Below, piece by piece: positions 26,419 through 40,420 of a stretch of DNA of 64,000 nt (the stretch's first letter is position 1; the number at the start of each line of letters is the position of its first letter). The notes beneath the pieces were generated by a model, which was given only the letters and a program-made list of their open reading frames with translations, was not told where the DNA came from and searched no databases. The position numbers and the translations under genes are program-made. The DNA comes from Lingula anatina (taxonomy: Eukaryota > Animalia > Brachiopoda): assembly GCA_051362555.1 (NCBI GenBank), contig CM120642.1, positions 18,538,001 to 18,602,000 of the forward strand. The letters run 5' to 3'.

Positions 26419-27190
26419 CCCGGTGGCGTACTATTCAACCTTACTTGCATCAATCAAGTCGTCACTGCTAAACTTTTCACTACTTCTGTGTTAGCTGACC
26501 TTGTAAGCAATTAATTAGAATAAATTTTCTAAAATGCAGTTAAAACAATCCATTAATTCATCACAAACGCCAATCAACTATCAGGATTACTATAAAACAC
26601 TTTTTTATCATTTTGATAAATCTTATTACATTATTGAAGTCTGTTTTTAAAGGTTTTTTAAGGCTTTTCATCATACACATGTAGGTAATTTCGGGTAGGT
26701 ACCGACAGTTCGAGGGTTCTAAAATCCTCATCGCTCTAGTCGCCGACTAACCCCAACCCCAATTCGTAATCAACCACAAGTTATACCGACAGCGGATGGC
26801 GCGCCTTCTGCTCGGCATATGGGTAAATATAACCGACACATATTTTTATAACAATGTTAGAACGTTTTAATACTAGAAGTGATGAACAAAGTTGTTGAAA
26901 TTGTAGTGATGCAAAACATGAAATCCTTTGATCATGTGTTTTTGCTAAAATTGGCAAAAATGTAAATTTCATCAAAATTTATACACGTTAATAGAACTTG
27001 CTGGCAACGTTTCTCGGGTCATTGATAATGACAGTGACAGTGAAGAACTAAGAATAACGTTCTCTTAATGCTTGTTGATGGTTTAACCAATATATAACCC
27101 TGTTATCAAAACGTTCTGTGTAAACATTGTTTTTGCATGTGTTAATACATTTATTAACAAAAGACCTAATATCTATGAAATCAAACTTAA

Positions 27191-27528
27191 AGTGATAATA
27201 ACTCTTCGTTTCGGCCAAAAAATGAATTTTCCTGGAGTAAACAACAATTTTCCCATACTTACCAATGGTTAATGAATCCATTTTTACATTCAAAGTTAGT
27301 CCCTGGTTTTTTTCTAAAAAGTTTGGTTTTTTGTTAAAATCTCTTAAGAGATTTTAACAGAGTATAGCCATCAATGGAGGTCACGTGGTCTAAAGACAAG
27401 CTCAGATATCAGAATAATAGCTATAACTGCCGTTTTTGTGGTAAAACAGAATATATTATTTTTCTATGAGTTATTCACAAATGTTTTTATTGTGAAATAT
27501 AGATCTCATACGAAGAGTTATTATCCCT
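27191..27528 (-). mobile_element. TTAA-flanked MITE (Kolobok-like), copy 2, inverted
   Basis: Reverse complement of 24370-24706, with TTAA on both sides. Confidence 0.8.
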
Positions 27529-27665
27529 TTAATTTTTTTTTCTATTTTATTTTGTAATAAACTAGGCTAAAATGGCATAAAATAGATTTTTTTAATGATA
27601 ACAAATAAAGAGCTCTTGTTTTAAAAGTAACTACAAATATATCAACCTTAAAGGTACACTCCATG

Positions 27666-27834
27666 CAGGCCCGTAGCCAGCAATTTCAAAAGGGGGGTTC
27701 TTTTTCTGAAAAAGTGGACCTTTTCCCTTAAAAACTTCATGTACCTAGATCAAATTTTACCTGGAGTGGACCTTTTCCCAGCAAAAGGGGGTGGTTCTTT
27801 CGAACCCCCCGAACCCCCCCTGGCTACGGGCCTG
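27666..27834 (+). mobile_element. MITE with CAGGCCCGTAGCCAG TIRs, copy 1
   Basis: CAGGCCCGTAGCCAG ... CTGGCTACGGGCCTG. An inverted copy is at 33511-33680. No clear TSD. Confidence 0.75.
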
Positions 27835-27885
27835 CGGCATGAGTTTGAAAATCCCCCAAATGCCATCCACAGCTCCTTATAAAAT

Positions 27886-28018
27886 CTTTTGCATATATTT
27901 TTCTTTACAGATGAAGTGCATTCAGATTCCATATCTCCTACACATGGTCTTTAGTACACATGACAGACATAGATGAAAAAATTGATCGGTTCCCATGCAA
28001 ATTTTGTTACTATGGCAA
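27886..28018 (+). repeat. Dispersed repeat fragment; inverted homolog at about 54255-54365
   Basis: The shared core CCATATCTCCTACACATGGTCTT and the end TTTTGTTRCTATGGC match the reverse complement of 54255-54365. Confidence 0.6.
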
Positions 28019-28573
28019 CTTTTTTTATTATATATTTTTTTCTTTTCTAGGTAGGCCCTAGATAGGCCTATAGGATACATTTTAAATGTAAGCCTATTTA
28101 GGGCCTACTCTGCAAGCAAAGCATTTCACCCAACAACCCGTGAATATAAATCGAGAATATTCCTTAATTCATTGAAAAGCATTCGCGAAAGAATTTTATC
28201 CAGTCTGTTTACTTCATCTTTCGGGTGTTGCTAGATCGCCAGAATTCTGCCACAGCCCTAATTTGCGTTTCACAACAAATAATTATCCTTCTGCGACGTC
28301 GCACATCTCGGCACATTTGTCATCTCAACTACAACAACAACATCAAGAAAGGATCAACGAAGGTCCTTATTGTTTGAGTGCAGTGTTCAGACCTTTGCAG
28401 CTTTCGATTGTGACGGTCAGAGAATGATATTTTATAAAATAGAAATCCTGCTGATATTTTATTTAATCATGTGGCAATTTGTTCTTTGGGAATTTTTTAT
28501 ACCGGATGTGAGAAATGTCTGCGCGGACGGCTGCGCAATCTGCTGTTTTTTTTTTTTTTTTGCATTTAAAGGC

Positions 28574-28590
28574 TGAGTCACGTGACGTCG
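28574..28590 (+). promoter_or_regulatory. Overlapping AP-1 / E-box / CRE-like motif upstream of MCMDC2
   Basis: TGAGTCACGTGACGTCG lies about 200 bp upstream of the ATG. Motif match only. Confidence 0.35.
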
Positions 28591-28784
28591 TCTGCTTCTG
28601 AGAGAAATTTGGGTGAAATGTAAACAAGCAGGATGTACAATCTTTATTTCTTATCTAATGATAATCTTTTATCGAAATTTCCGGTGTTAAAAAAAGGTTC
28701 AATTAGCAGGATCTACTGTTCTAATATTTTGTATAGTTATAATTTCTTAGTTTTAAAATTACCATTTCTTGCTTTGAAGGCAAG

Positions 28785-31700
28785 ATGATGGATCAGAAGC
28801 TTTTAGAATACAGAATAGCAGCACTGGAATATTTAGATCAAACGGGCACGTTAGAAGACATCAAAAGGACTTGCAGAACTCTTGGCGCACAAACAGAAAA
28901 GGTATAGACTGACATTAAAATTACCCACACGAAGCTATATAATTCACTGCTTGCGTAGATAAAAACTTGAAATTAAATCTGCGTTCAGGTAGATCATCAT
29001 TTCATTTGCAAATTTCAGGTCTGGTCAAGAATTTATCCGTATCGCTTCTTACGTTTTTGAAGTTGATAAAATTAATTATCTGTGCCCCTTGCCAACACTG
29101 TATACTATAGTCACTAGATACTAGTACATGAGACTTCTGTACAAATTACAGATACTAGTATTGTTTATACTAGCAACTATAGTTCATTATCCCTATACTC
29201 TTCCAGAAACATGCAGTGTTCAGATTTTGTATTCCAGTAGAACCAGAAGATGTCTTAGATTTGAATGGTAGGAATGTTTTATGGGGTTGGTATCTTGTTC
29301 TTTTATAATACTAGTATATCAGTGCTTGTAAACACTTTTATACTAGAAGCTTTATATACATACATATGTTGCTGTCCACTGTTTTTTATTATCATATTAT
29401 TTTTAATAATTATATTTTTTACTTCTGTTTTTAAATAAATCTGTATTACAGGCCTGTTGCCTCATCTAAACAAACTCTTTATTTGTTTTCAGCATCATTT
29501 GGTAATTTCATCCTCAACAAACCATCAGGAGCCTGTAAAATATTCCAGTCAGTAAGTTACTTTCTTAGCAAATTGTTTTTATTATCTTTGTTGCATTTTT
29601 TTTAAGTCTTATTTTGTTGAATGTTAAGACTTAATCTGCCTTTTATTTAACAAAGAAGTGCTGTAAATGAAAAAATATTCCTGAAAAAAAAAAAAAACAT
29701 TGCAATTTTACATTTTCACACATAGTATGGAAAAACAGAAAATAAAGATTGGAACAAAAACATATAGGTGTTCCTTTTTTAGGTCATACATTAAAAAAGA
29801 CTTCAAATCTTGATAACTGTGAAAGATATATTACCCTCCATTTATGTTGCCAGTTAACCCTGAGTGCAGCTCGAGTTGTAATTACCCCAGAAAGATGAAA
29901 AAGAATTAGTATGGAAAACGAAACATAATAACCAGGCATGAGTTTGATGATTTATGATATATATACCTGTCCATTCAATATGTAACATATTGCCAAGAAA
30001 TAAATAAACTTCTATTATTATTATTATGATCATGATTATTATTATTATTATAGGTAATCTTCCGGGCCATTCAGGTGCTTGAGCTGCTTCCCCAGTGTTC
30101 TGACGCCAGTCAGGTGATGGTGGTACTGAGACCGCTGAGTTTACCTCGTCTAGAAAAGTATATATGATTATTACTCAGTATAAGAAACATTCAGCAAGCT
30201 TTAATATTATTTTCAATATAGAAGGAATCTGTTTGATGTATGCAATGTACAGCTTTGGTTTTTATACTTCAAGATTTAATTTAGATTTATCATTTAAAAT
30301 GTTGCATATAATAAATTCTAACTCATGTACACACACCCAGAAGTTTTGCAAGTGCAATTTTAATTTTTTTTTCACTTTTGCAGTTGATAGTAGTAGGTGA
30401 TAATTTATAGTGATAATTTAGATAGTCATATTATCATTTTTATATAATCGTTCACAGCTGTCTAAATTTTTAAGTAAAGCAACTATTTTAACAGATTATT
30501 ATTTTTTGTTTTGTGCAGGTATTTCATAAGCAGTACAAAAGACTTTCCCAATCATTCAGAAGGTCAGAGGTTATATATGTATGAAGGAATTGTTACAGGC
30601 AAAACCATCGCCACAAAATATACGTGAGTAGAATTATTACAGTTTCTTTAATTTGAAAATTTGATGCTTAAGAATGCAAAATCATTTCAGTTTGACATTA
30701 TGGACCAGCATTTAAAAACAAAACAAATATTTCTTATCTATGAAATACCAGTAGTTTGGAAGGTTTTTAAAAAGTTATTTAACTCACCCTCATATAGTCA
30801 CAATGTTTTATACAGTTTTCATCTATCAGTGCTACAATGTTTTATTTGTACTTTAAATGTATTAGTTGTTTTTCTGTTATAATTTATAATTAGTTATAAT
30901 ATAATATTATTACTCGTGACAATTCATTTAATATATAGAATACCCTACTAGGATATAGGACATCTATTTCTGTTCAATTCCTAAATAATACTGGTAGTAT
31001 ATATGATAGCAATTAATAACCACTTCAGTACATGAGGTGATGAATTTTTTTTTTTTTAACAGTCAGAGTGCCAGGTTTTACTGCCCAATTGAAGGCTGTG
31101 ATGGAGGACTGGGGAACAGGTACATAAGACTTCACACCTCAGGAGCCAGGGAGATCCACACCATCAGGTGAGTCAGTGAAGTCTTAAAGAGCAAGGATAT
31201 AGGTGTTAAAGGGATTTGTGCAGCTTCTTGTTTTTAAAGCATTAAATACTCGTATAAAATACTAGACTGGGTCAGCGGGATGTTTATTATTATTATTATT
31301 ATTATTATTAATATTATTATTATTTAATTGTTTTTCACTTTTATTAAATAATAAGATCAGAACCTTTGTACTAGTACCAAAAAAAAAATTATTATGATAA
31401 TGATTGTTGATTGCTTGTTCAGCCTGACCAGTTGACCTTTGTGGAATATATCAATTGTCAGTGGTGTGGTGAGTTTAATTTTCTACCTGACCAGTTCAAG
31501 GTGGAGACAATGATAAATAAAACACCTGTTTGTCTCCTTGCTAATCACACATGCTGGGTAATAGGGGTTGAACCAGGGACATGTGGAGGTCTGGGGTCTG
31601 GTCAGGAAATACTGGCAGTGTATAAAAAATTAATCATAATTATACTGCCTTTTATTTTGTTACCTTGGTCATCCTACAAAATCTCAACTTTTAAGTCATT

Positions 31701-34700
31701 AAAAGTGAAGAATACATTTTTTGTAATACATGTAAATGCATGATTTTGACTTGCCCCATTATTTCTGTTATTTCATACAATGGTACAATGAACCCTCCAA
31801 TAAGAAAAGAAATCTAGAGAGTAATTTAATTAAGGCAAGATATAAAACAATTATACAAATAAATATACACAAATGTGTGAGTTTCTGAAGTGATTTGAAT
31901 GTTCACAGTTTATGGTGAAATAAAACTTTTTCTAACATTTTAGGAAAGATTTTAAATGCAGTTTTTGTGGCTCCCCATTAGAAGAAGATGTGAGTGAGAG
32001 AGTGTTAGCAGGTACTTGTACATCATCATATATTTATTTTCTTATGCAATTTGAGAATAAAAAAGAATAAATATGTGAATGATTATGGCCTTGCATTTAC
32101 TTTATGTAAGTTATGATAATTTGTCCATGTACGTGTATGTACTGGTCATAGTATAGACATGCCAATATAAAAAAGCAGACTTGCCTAAAACATTCTTTAA
32201 CTTCCAGATAAGGTTATAATTGAGATGATGGATGAGCAAGCATTCCAATATAGTCAGTATATATCTGACATGATGAGGTCCACACGATTCCAGGCTCTAT
32301 CAGTTTATATAAGAGGTACATGTATAATTAACATGATACTATTATTAATACATGTAGTACATGCAGTGCTGTTTTTACAGCAAGATGCAGAGGGACTGGA
32401 ACTTAAGGTTGACTAAGGGAATTTAGATTGATTGTGTATAATGATACATAACTGATATGTTAATCTGATTTTAGTCTGATTATTGGATATTAGAATATTT
32501 GAAAATGGTCAATTTAAACTTAATATGTAGAGAACTAATTTTTTTCTGGTAGATGAACTTTCTCAGGACATCCAGATAGGCAGAAAGTACACTTTGATAG
32601 GGATTCCAACCTATGAATTTCAGGAGAATAACCAAGTGAATGTAGCCCTGGAAGCTTCTAATATGCATGTTGCTCAGGTATGACTTTCATTTCAAGTAAT
32701 TGCAAAGTGAGTGAAATAGATATTTTGATATTTCTATACAAATTGCCATAAAAGTTGGTGAAAAGTAACATGTACATTTTTGTATTGTCCATACCCTTTG
32801 CTACAACTTATACTACTAGTACTGGGTATAGTAGATTAACTATCATGTCATATCTATCTTGTCCTACTAGTACAGGAGTACATGTACAGGTAGGTATAGT
32901 GTATGAGCATTCTTCAACAATTCTTTACCAAGTGTGGTAAAACATTTTGACTCTATAGTCTAATATTATCTGTAACCCCCTCAATATGAAATTTCAGAAT
33001 TTGCCATGGCCTGCTGGCAGTCCAAACCTTGACTCACATTTAATACCAGAGCAGATATTACAGTTGTACTTAGGTAATGCAGGCTTGTACCCCCCAGCAG
33101 GCAGGGGGAGGGTGTGTGTTTTTGTCGACTTTTTCAGAATAAGAACCTAGCTACCTTTTGAAATCCGTAGCCAAATTTAATGTTAAAACATATACACACG
33201 GTAGCTTAAATTTTTCAGCTTTATAATATGCTTTAAGAATTATCTCCATCAAGTTACGTACATGCATAGCTACCAAGTATTGAAGTAATCTCCACATAAT
33301 TGATGCATTAAAAAGAAGCAATATGAATTTTTTTTGCATGTTCTGCATATTCTTGATTTTTCAATTAAACACCAAGGATTAAATTTGAATACTAGTTTAT
33401 TTTTCTGTTATTTTTTATAGACAGAAATAATTCACCCTGGAGCTTTGCTTTAAGTCTAGCATATGTATTTGGAGGTAAATAAGGTTGCATTAAAGTGTAT
33501 ATGGCAAAAGCAGGCCCGTAGCCAGTGGGGGTTCGGGGGGTTCGAAAGAACCGCCCCTTTTGCTGGGAAAAGGTCCACTCTGGGTAAAATTTGATCTAGG
33601 TACATGATGTTTTTATGGAGAAAGGTCCACTTTTTTTCAGAAAATGAACCCCCCTTTTGAAATTGCTGGCTACGGGCCTGCCGATTTTGATCCAAATTTA
33701 CTTTTAATAAATCATTTTCTATTTCATTTTTACTGTAAATCATATTTTTATTCTTTGCAAACGTTTATTGTACATGTCACCTGAAGCCATTGTTAGGGAT
33801 ACTGTACCTGAACAGGTCATGTTTTCTTATATTATTATAATGCATCTCAGCCAAGGAGGCTATCATTATTAATATCATATTTTATCTAATTAATTATGTT
33901 TTGTTTGCCTTAAATGGTACAATTGTTATTTAACAGCCTAACTAAAAAAGTAATAGATACCTATTGGATTTGAAAAAAGTTTTCAGGAATGGTCAGAAAC
34001 AGGCTTACTTAGAATCAGTTGGATAGTGGTGTTGGTCTATTAATTAATAAAATTATTTATTTATAATTAGATTGAGCTGCCTTGGCAAATGTGTGCTCTC
34101 TTTGAATACTTCTCTTATTTCCCATACATTTTTTCTGTCCAGGGACCATTACTCCACCTGGCAGTTATCTGAGGTTGAAACTAGGATTACTTCTATGCCT
34201 GATGTGGGGAGAAGACTTGGATAAAGTTAGACTATATTTAATATTTTGATAAATTGATGATAAATGATTCTACACCAATTACTGCAACCTATTCTTTCTG
34301 AAGTTGGGTATAATATTGTGTAATAATAATAATTAGCTGTTAAGGATTGCCATCTTGTATATGATAATTATAAAAGTTTGTTTATTGAAAAATTGCTGAA
34401 TTATTTATTTTTCATTATCGCTATGTTTAACAAATAATATTGCTTCTGTTTTAAAACTGTGTTGAGTAATTTAACTGCAGTGTACTTGTGTGTCTGACTG
34501 TGTCACAGTGATGTTAATATTTATATTTGCAGCAGAGTTCTCTCCCCAGCAGACTGTGTCTTCTAGCTATTGGATCTGACACTCTCATCCTAGACAGACT
34601 CATGACATATGCCACCACCTTCCCCAGTAGAGCTATACACCATTCTAAGGAGAAAACCCTCTTGGGGGCAGTAAATAAAGACAGATATGGTGTTGACACA

Positions 34701-37700
34701 TATTTTATAGATGGTAATTCTCTGTTCAGAAGAACAAAATTAACAAATTAATTTTTTGCATACCTTTTTACATGTACACTGTACAACTAGACCAGTCAGT
34801 TTCTTATCTTATTTTAATATTAAAATATTTTTGTCAAAGTGTTGAAGAACATAATCACAAGAGATTACTGTAAATCATTTCTTTTTGCATATGTGCCCTC
34901 ATTCTTTATTGAAATTTCTAAGTATAAGCTTGTATCTTTTATATAACATTTCAACAGATGCAGTTTTTTTATTTTGCCTGTATTAAAACTCTAGGTGGCT
35001 CTCTACTGCTGACTGGAGATGGTGTGTGTTATCTGGGAGATATGGGCAGGTTCAATAAGGCCACAAAGGAGGCTCTTCAGCAAGGTAGTGTCCATAACAG
35101 GAAAGGACTGAGTAATCTTGCAGCCATTAAGCATTTATCATATATTAGCCCTTTTAACTGACTTGAAAATTATTAAATTTCATTTTATCTACAGATAATA
35201 ATAAAAAATGTTTGGTTTAGTTTAGTTTATTTCACTGTAACATATGCATCCACTTGTGTGGATGAAAATGACAATATGAATACAATTTTTGTGAATATGT
35301 TATTAAACAATCACAATGAGTAAGACTATTTACTTATATACTAAAAAAAATGTGTTAATTTAATCTTTTTTTGGGGGGGAGGGGATGGAGAGGGGTCACA
35401 AATTCATACTCAATTTAAGTAGCTAACATTATATTTACTTATAAAACCATTGCATTAAAATCAGTTTTGTTTCACCTTTATGTTATATTAGCCATTTTAA
35501 TTCAGTACTGTACCTGTACATGTATAGCTTGCATGATGTACCTGTATATTAAGATATTTGAATTTGTGCGCAGCATATTGGTGTGCCTCAAATAAATAAA
35601 TAAATAAATAAATAAATGAATGAATAAAATCAGATACTGGGAAAGAAACATGATAACTGTGACATTTTCTTTCCTGGTCAGTACTGGACAACAACACAGT
35701 CGCTGTGACCATTCCTTCCAAGTCTGGTGGCAGTATTCCCCAGCAAGTGACCTTCCCCCTGAACTGCAGTGTGTGGGCATATGCTGAACCCAGCAGGCAT
35801 CTCAACCCACCAGTGATCACTGACCAGTTATATGTGCAAAAAGATATGGGCTGTATCAACAAGTCACTAGCAGAGTATGGATTTTATTTTTTATTTATTT
35901 ATATTTTTTATTATTTTATTATTATTTTTATTATTTTTTTGGTATTGTACCCATGGGCAGTGGATGAGTGGGCTGGTTGGGTTAGGATGGGAGTGGCGGG
36001 GGGATGGGTTATATGTGCAGAAAGGTATGGGTTGTATCAACAAGTTGTACATTGTAAGTGCAAAAAGATAAGGGCTGTATCAGCAAGTCACTAGCAGAGT
36101 ATGGATCTTATTTTTTTGGAATTGGACCCATGGGCAGTGGGTGGGTGGGGTGGGGTAGGATGGGTAGGAAGTCAGAACCACCTTTTGGAGAGAAAAAGAT
36201 CTACTCTGAATTAAAATTTTATCTAGTATGCCATTTTGATAACAGTTGGGCTGAAGTAAAGGGGTAAAAGGGTGCGCTTTTACAATCACAAAATCCCCTT
36301 TAGAAATTGCTGGTTACAGGCATGTGAATGATTGTGTCTGTTAATTTATTGATTGACTGGTATGATTTCACGAATGAAATTGTATATCATGGTGATATCA
36401 AGTGCATTTAATTTAATGATCAATAGATTGTTTGGAATCAGGAAAAAATAAGAAAAAAATGTTTTGAGTATCAATATACAGCACTTGCCCTACTAACATT
36501 ATTATAAAGTGGGCCTTGGGCTTAGATTGGCAAATTTTATTGATAACCACGCTTTAACTATATATTTCAGTGTGTTTGGCATGGTCTTTTTCACAGACAG
36601 CACTGATAGTGAAAGTTATGCAGACAATTTGATCATTTCTCACACTCTTGTCAGTGCTATGGAACCTAAGAGTAGCTCAGTGCCTTTAATATCAAATGAA
36701 GAGATGAGGCAGGTAAATTTTGTGTAAAGAAAAGAGAAAAATGTGTGATGCATACATGTATTTCCCTCACCATAAAAAATGCTCAATTTAACTTTAAGTA
36801 TTATTATAAATATTTTAGTCATTATTATTTCATGGAAAGAAAACTTTAGTCAGCACTGGGACATCTTTAACTTATAGAAAAAATTATAGAAAAAGATTAA
36901 CGTAAATGTAATCAATAAGTACATAACCCCAGCAGTGATTTTAAGCAATACAAAAAAATGAATGAAACTGTATGATAATTGCATGATTCTTGGATACTAG
37001 AGCATCTTTTTTGCATAATGGATATGAAGAATGCAAACCAGCTTTAAGTTTTGCAAATAAGAATAAATAAAATAAATAAATAATTTTGATAAGTGAACGA
37101 AACGAAAAAGTCTGTAATGTTAGACTTAAAGAAATGGATTATGTATTTCCTTTTTTCATGACCAGTTTAGGTTTATGTAGATTGCTTATCAGCATTAGGT
37201 TGTACAAAAAATAATAATAATAACATGACCTGCTTTCATTTTTGTCACAAATATAGACAACTGAATGATTTTTCCTGAAGCTTGTTTCTGTATTTCAGTT
37301 TGTGCAGTATGTCAGAGGCCAGGTAGTCACCTGTACCACTGCAGCAGACAAACTCCTGTGTGGATACTATGTGGCAAGTAGACGAGTGCGCTCCTCTAGT
37401 GTACAAGGAACAGACTTCCCTGTTACTGCCATGAAAACTCTGTAGGTTACTTATATTTGACTCTTTAAGGGGCCACATAATCATTATGTCATCTTTTTTA
37501 AAAGCATGCTACATTATTTCAAAATCATATAATTCATAACCCTACTCAAAAAATGCATTTTTAAACAAAGTGGACAATAAATCCAATGTACAATCCTCTC
37601 ATTGGTCTATGTTTTTTTTGTTTTTTTTTTTAATATTAAAATATCTTCAATTGGAGTTCAACAGTGATGAATTTGGAGTTGAACAGTGATGAATAAAAAT

Positions 37701-38241
37701 TGTTGCAGATATGAGTAAATTATTCAGAGGCATTTTATCATGCCCAATTCCCTTCCTCCTGTGTGATTCATGTAAAAATGTACTTTTACAGTGCATACAA
37801 GATATTTGTCAAAAAACCTTGCTTCTCACTGCGTCTTTATTTTGTACAAGCTGAATAAATTTGCTAATGAAAATTAATTAATATGTTGTGAAATTCCAAT
37901 AATAAATGTCTGCTAGATACATGGGCAATGTTTAAGAGTAATATAACGCAGCCACCTTGTCTTCAGGACCTCCTTGTCAAAAGCCCATGCCAAACTAAGC
38001 CTAAGGAGAGAGGTCACTCCAGAAGATGCTGTCATGGCCATCTTGTTGTATGAAGAATATATCACAGACAGATGTGGTGAGGCATTACAGCTACACATTA
38101 CACATTCATTTGTCTTTGGAAATTTTGATTTTGGAAATGATTTTCAAGATTATTATTATATTTTTTTTTGGGGGGGGGGAGGCTCATGATTATGATATGT
38201 CTATACACATTCAACTGTTTTTAAATATTTAATTTTGCAAA

Positions 38242-38280
<39 letters not shown>

Positions 38281-39140
38281 GTGGGGTGAGGGGGGCAGAG
38301 GTAAATCAATGTCCAATTTGAATTCTATACCTTTCATATATATCAGCTTGAATATTCAGATTATCTATAATTTCTTCTGGTATTGTTTTTCCAGGTTGTT
38401 CTGTTCTCAATGTCCAGCCCTTACGACACTGCAGAAACCAAGACATAGGGACGTACATTGGACCACAGGTAACCATACCTCAAATCAATGGAAATCATCT
38501 GAAAAAGCCTAAAACAAAGACTTTTGGGTTTGCAGTGTTATCAGAGACCAGAAAACATGAGAATATCTTTGACCGGGTGGGATAAACATTTCATCATAAG
38601 GGTGCAACTCTTATGTGCTGGGAATGTGGTCTTAAAAAACAATACCAAAGTGAAAAACAAAACATAGTGATTTGTACTGCTGTGTGATAGTCTGTAATAG
38701 GCTTATAGTATCATCAGTTTGGTGAATGAAAGTAGTGATAATACCCTTTTGTTACAAACTGGAAAACAAACTGATGAAGATGAAACTGCTTTGGTTGAGG
38801 TAAAAAGATTTAAAGATATTGTCACCCTTTGCTCAAAACTCCTTATTTACTGCCTTACACACATTCTTTTGGGTAATTTGAGTTGCCTATGCTTGTACAT
38901 TGCATTTCTGAGGGCATTTTTTGTTTTAAATCAGCACAAAGATAAATGCATTATTGAATAATTAGGTGCAGGAAAAAACACATTTTTGGTATCTGGATGA
39001 TAATAAAAGGTTACAATATCCTTAATGCCCTTCAATATTTATTCTAGAATGACAGCCAGATGAAGCATTTCCACACACAACTACTGAGGTTCTGTGCTGC
39101 ACATGCTGGTGATATAGAAATGGGCAGTACAGAGGAGTGA
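28785..39140 (+). CDS. MCMDC2: Minichromosome maintenance domain-containing protein 2 (meiotic recombination factor)
   Basis: 20 frame-consistent exons: 28785-28901, 29207-29267, 29493-29551, 30054-30157, 30519-30623, 31063-31167, 31944-32011, 32208-32315, 32553-32677, 32998-33073, 33421-33474, 34143-34225, 34533-34713, 34995-35084, 35682-35874, 36571-36712, 37299-37441, 37967-38076, 38395-38468, 39048-39140 (TGA). Peptides AALEYLDQTG, AVFRF, KYTQSARFYC, ITPPGSY, SDTLILDRL, GYYVASRRVR and AHAKLSLR are colinear with vertebrate MCMDC2 as I recall it. Confidence 0.93.
33511..33680 (-). mobile_element. MITE with CAGGCCCGTAGCCAG TIRs, copy 2, in an MCMDC2 intron
   Basis: Reverse-complement homolog of 27666-27834. 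Confidence 0.75.
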
Positions 39141-40147
39141 TGTCAACATGTGAACTGTGACTGGAGTTTACACACAAAAGATTCAGAATTTGAATGAGAT
39201 TGGGGTGGGGGACGAAAAATCCTTTTCTCCTCATTTTGCTCTTCTAATGTTAAACAGTAGCAGAGGACAGTCTTATGTATTAAAATATGTATGACATAGT
39301 GATGGAAAAATTGCTTCATTATTTTGCTCATGCTTTTGAGGGGGAAAGACAAAAGGGCACTCACAACTTTTCTGCCACACAGATTACTGTTTGTGAATAA
39401 GTTAAAAAAATTTAGACATTCTACATACCAAAATTACTATTGTTGAGCTCAATATTTTTCACAAAATGATAATTTTGTTTTGGGAAAAGAAATATTTTTA
39501 AAATGAATTTTTGAGCCTTGTCTGTTAAGCTGGTCTGTGATTTTAATTTTATAAATATTGATGTGCAAAGGTATTAAATGATAACTTAAAAGTGACAGTT
39601 ATTTAACAGATTCTGAAATGGAGGTGTAACAATCTATTTAACTTCTGGTACAAATAAAAAATACACAACATTATTTTGCATATAATTCTTGTATTCAAAT
39701 TCCAAAATGGACTTGGAATCAATTTTATACTATAATTTATACTATAAACAATCTTGTTTACAAAACAACTAGCGTAACCAAGTATGATATTTAGACAAGC
39801 TGAAAGATCATATCCAATTTACAGGTGACAAAGAAAACATAGTTTGAGTGTGAAAACAGATAAAATGACATTAATAATAATTGTACACGTCCTGGAACCG
39901 AGTTCTTACCCAACCCCTGCCCTTTTCCATATTGTGTCAATTTACAGGGAATTCATTCAGTCATATTTCCCCTGAGGTCCAAACATAATAGAAAAGGTGT
40001 GGTTCACGTCTTGTGTCTTTATGTAAAATCTGAAGTTTTGTCACGTGGATAACAGTGTCTCCTTCCATTAAAAAGATGTGCAAAATTAGTGTATAAGATA
40101 ATTTAATCATCCTGCTAGCATTTAAAAAATATTCTACGTGCTGTCCC

Positions 40148-40420
40148 TCAGTGCCCTCTGTTGGCAAGGCTTTGCTGTAACCTCACTTGAAATTGCTTTG
40201 TAAGTTTCTGAGTGGCTTCCTGGAATCTTTCAACACAGTTTTTTACACACATTTCTTGTCTCGAGCTCAGTGAACTGTCTGCCCTACTAATACAAACATC
40301 AAAGCACATGTCAGCAGTTTTCACTATGCTGGCGGACACCATTTGCCCCAACTGGAGGGCCTGGAACCGGGGGTCCTTCATTATCTCCTGGGCATCTTCC
40401 GGGGTCAGGTTCTGCTCCAT
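40148..40420 (-). CDS. TIMM8: Mitochondrial intermembrane-space small Tim chaperone, Tim8-like
   Basis: 90 aa with a twin CX3C motif (CFDVC...CVKNC) and NCVERF, typical of Tim8. There is an in-frame stop just upstream of the ATG and a probable 5'-UTR intron at about 40489-41213. Confidence 0.75.
   Translation of the reverse strand: MEQNLTPEDAQEIMKDPRFQALQLGQMVSASIVKTADMCFDVCISRADSSLSSRQEMCVKNCVERFQEATQKLTKQFQVRLQQSLANRGH

Noticed and set aside
35875-36094. Apparent transmembrane segment in ORF 35705-36094
   Set aside because: It is read-through into a T-rich intron past the donor at 35874. MCMDC2 continues at 36571.
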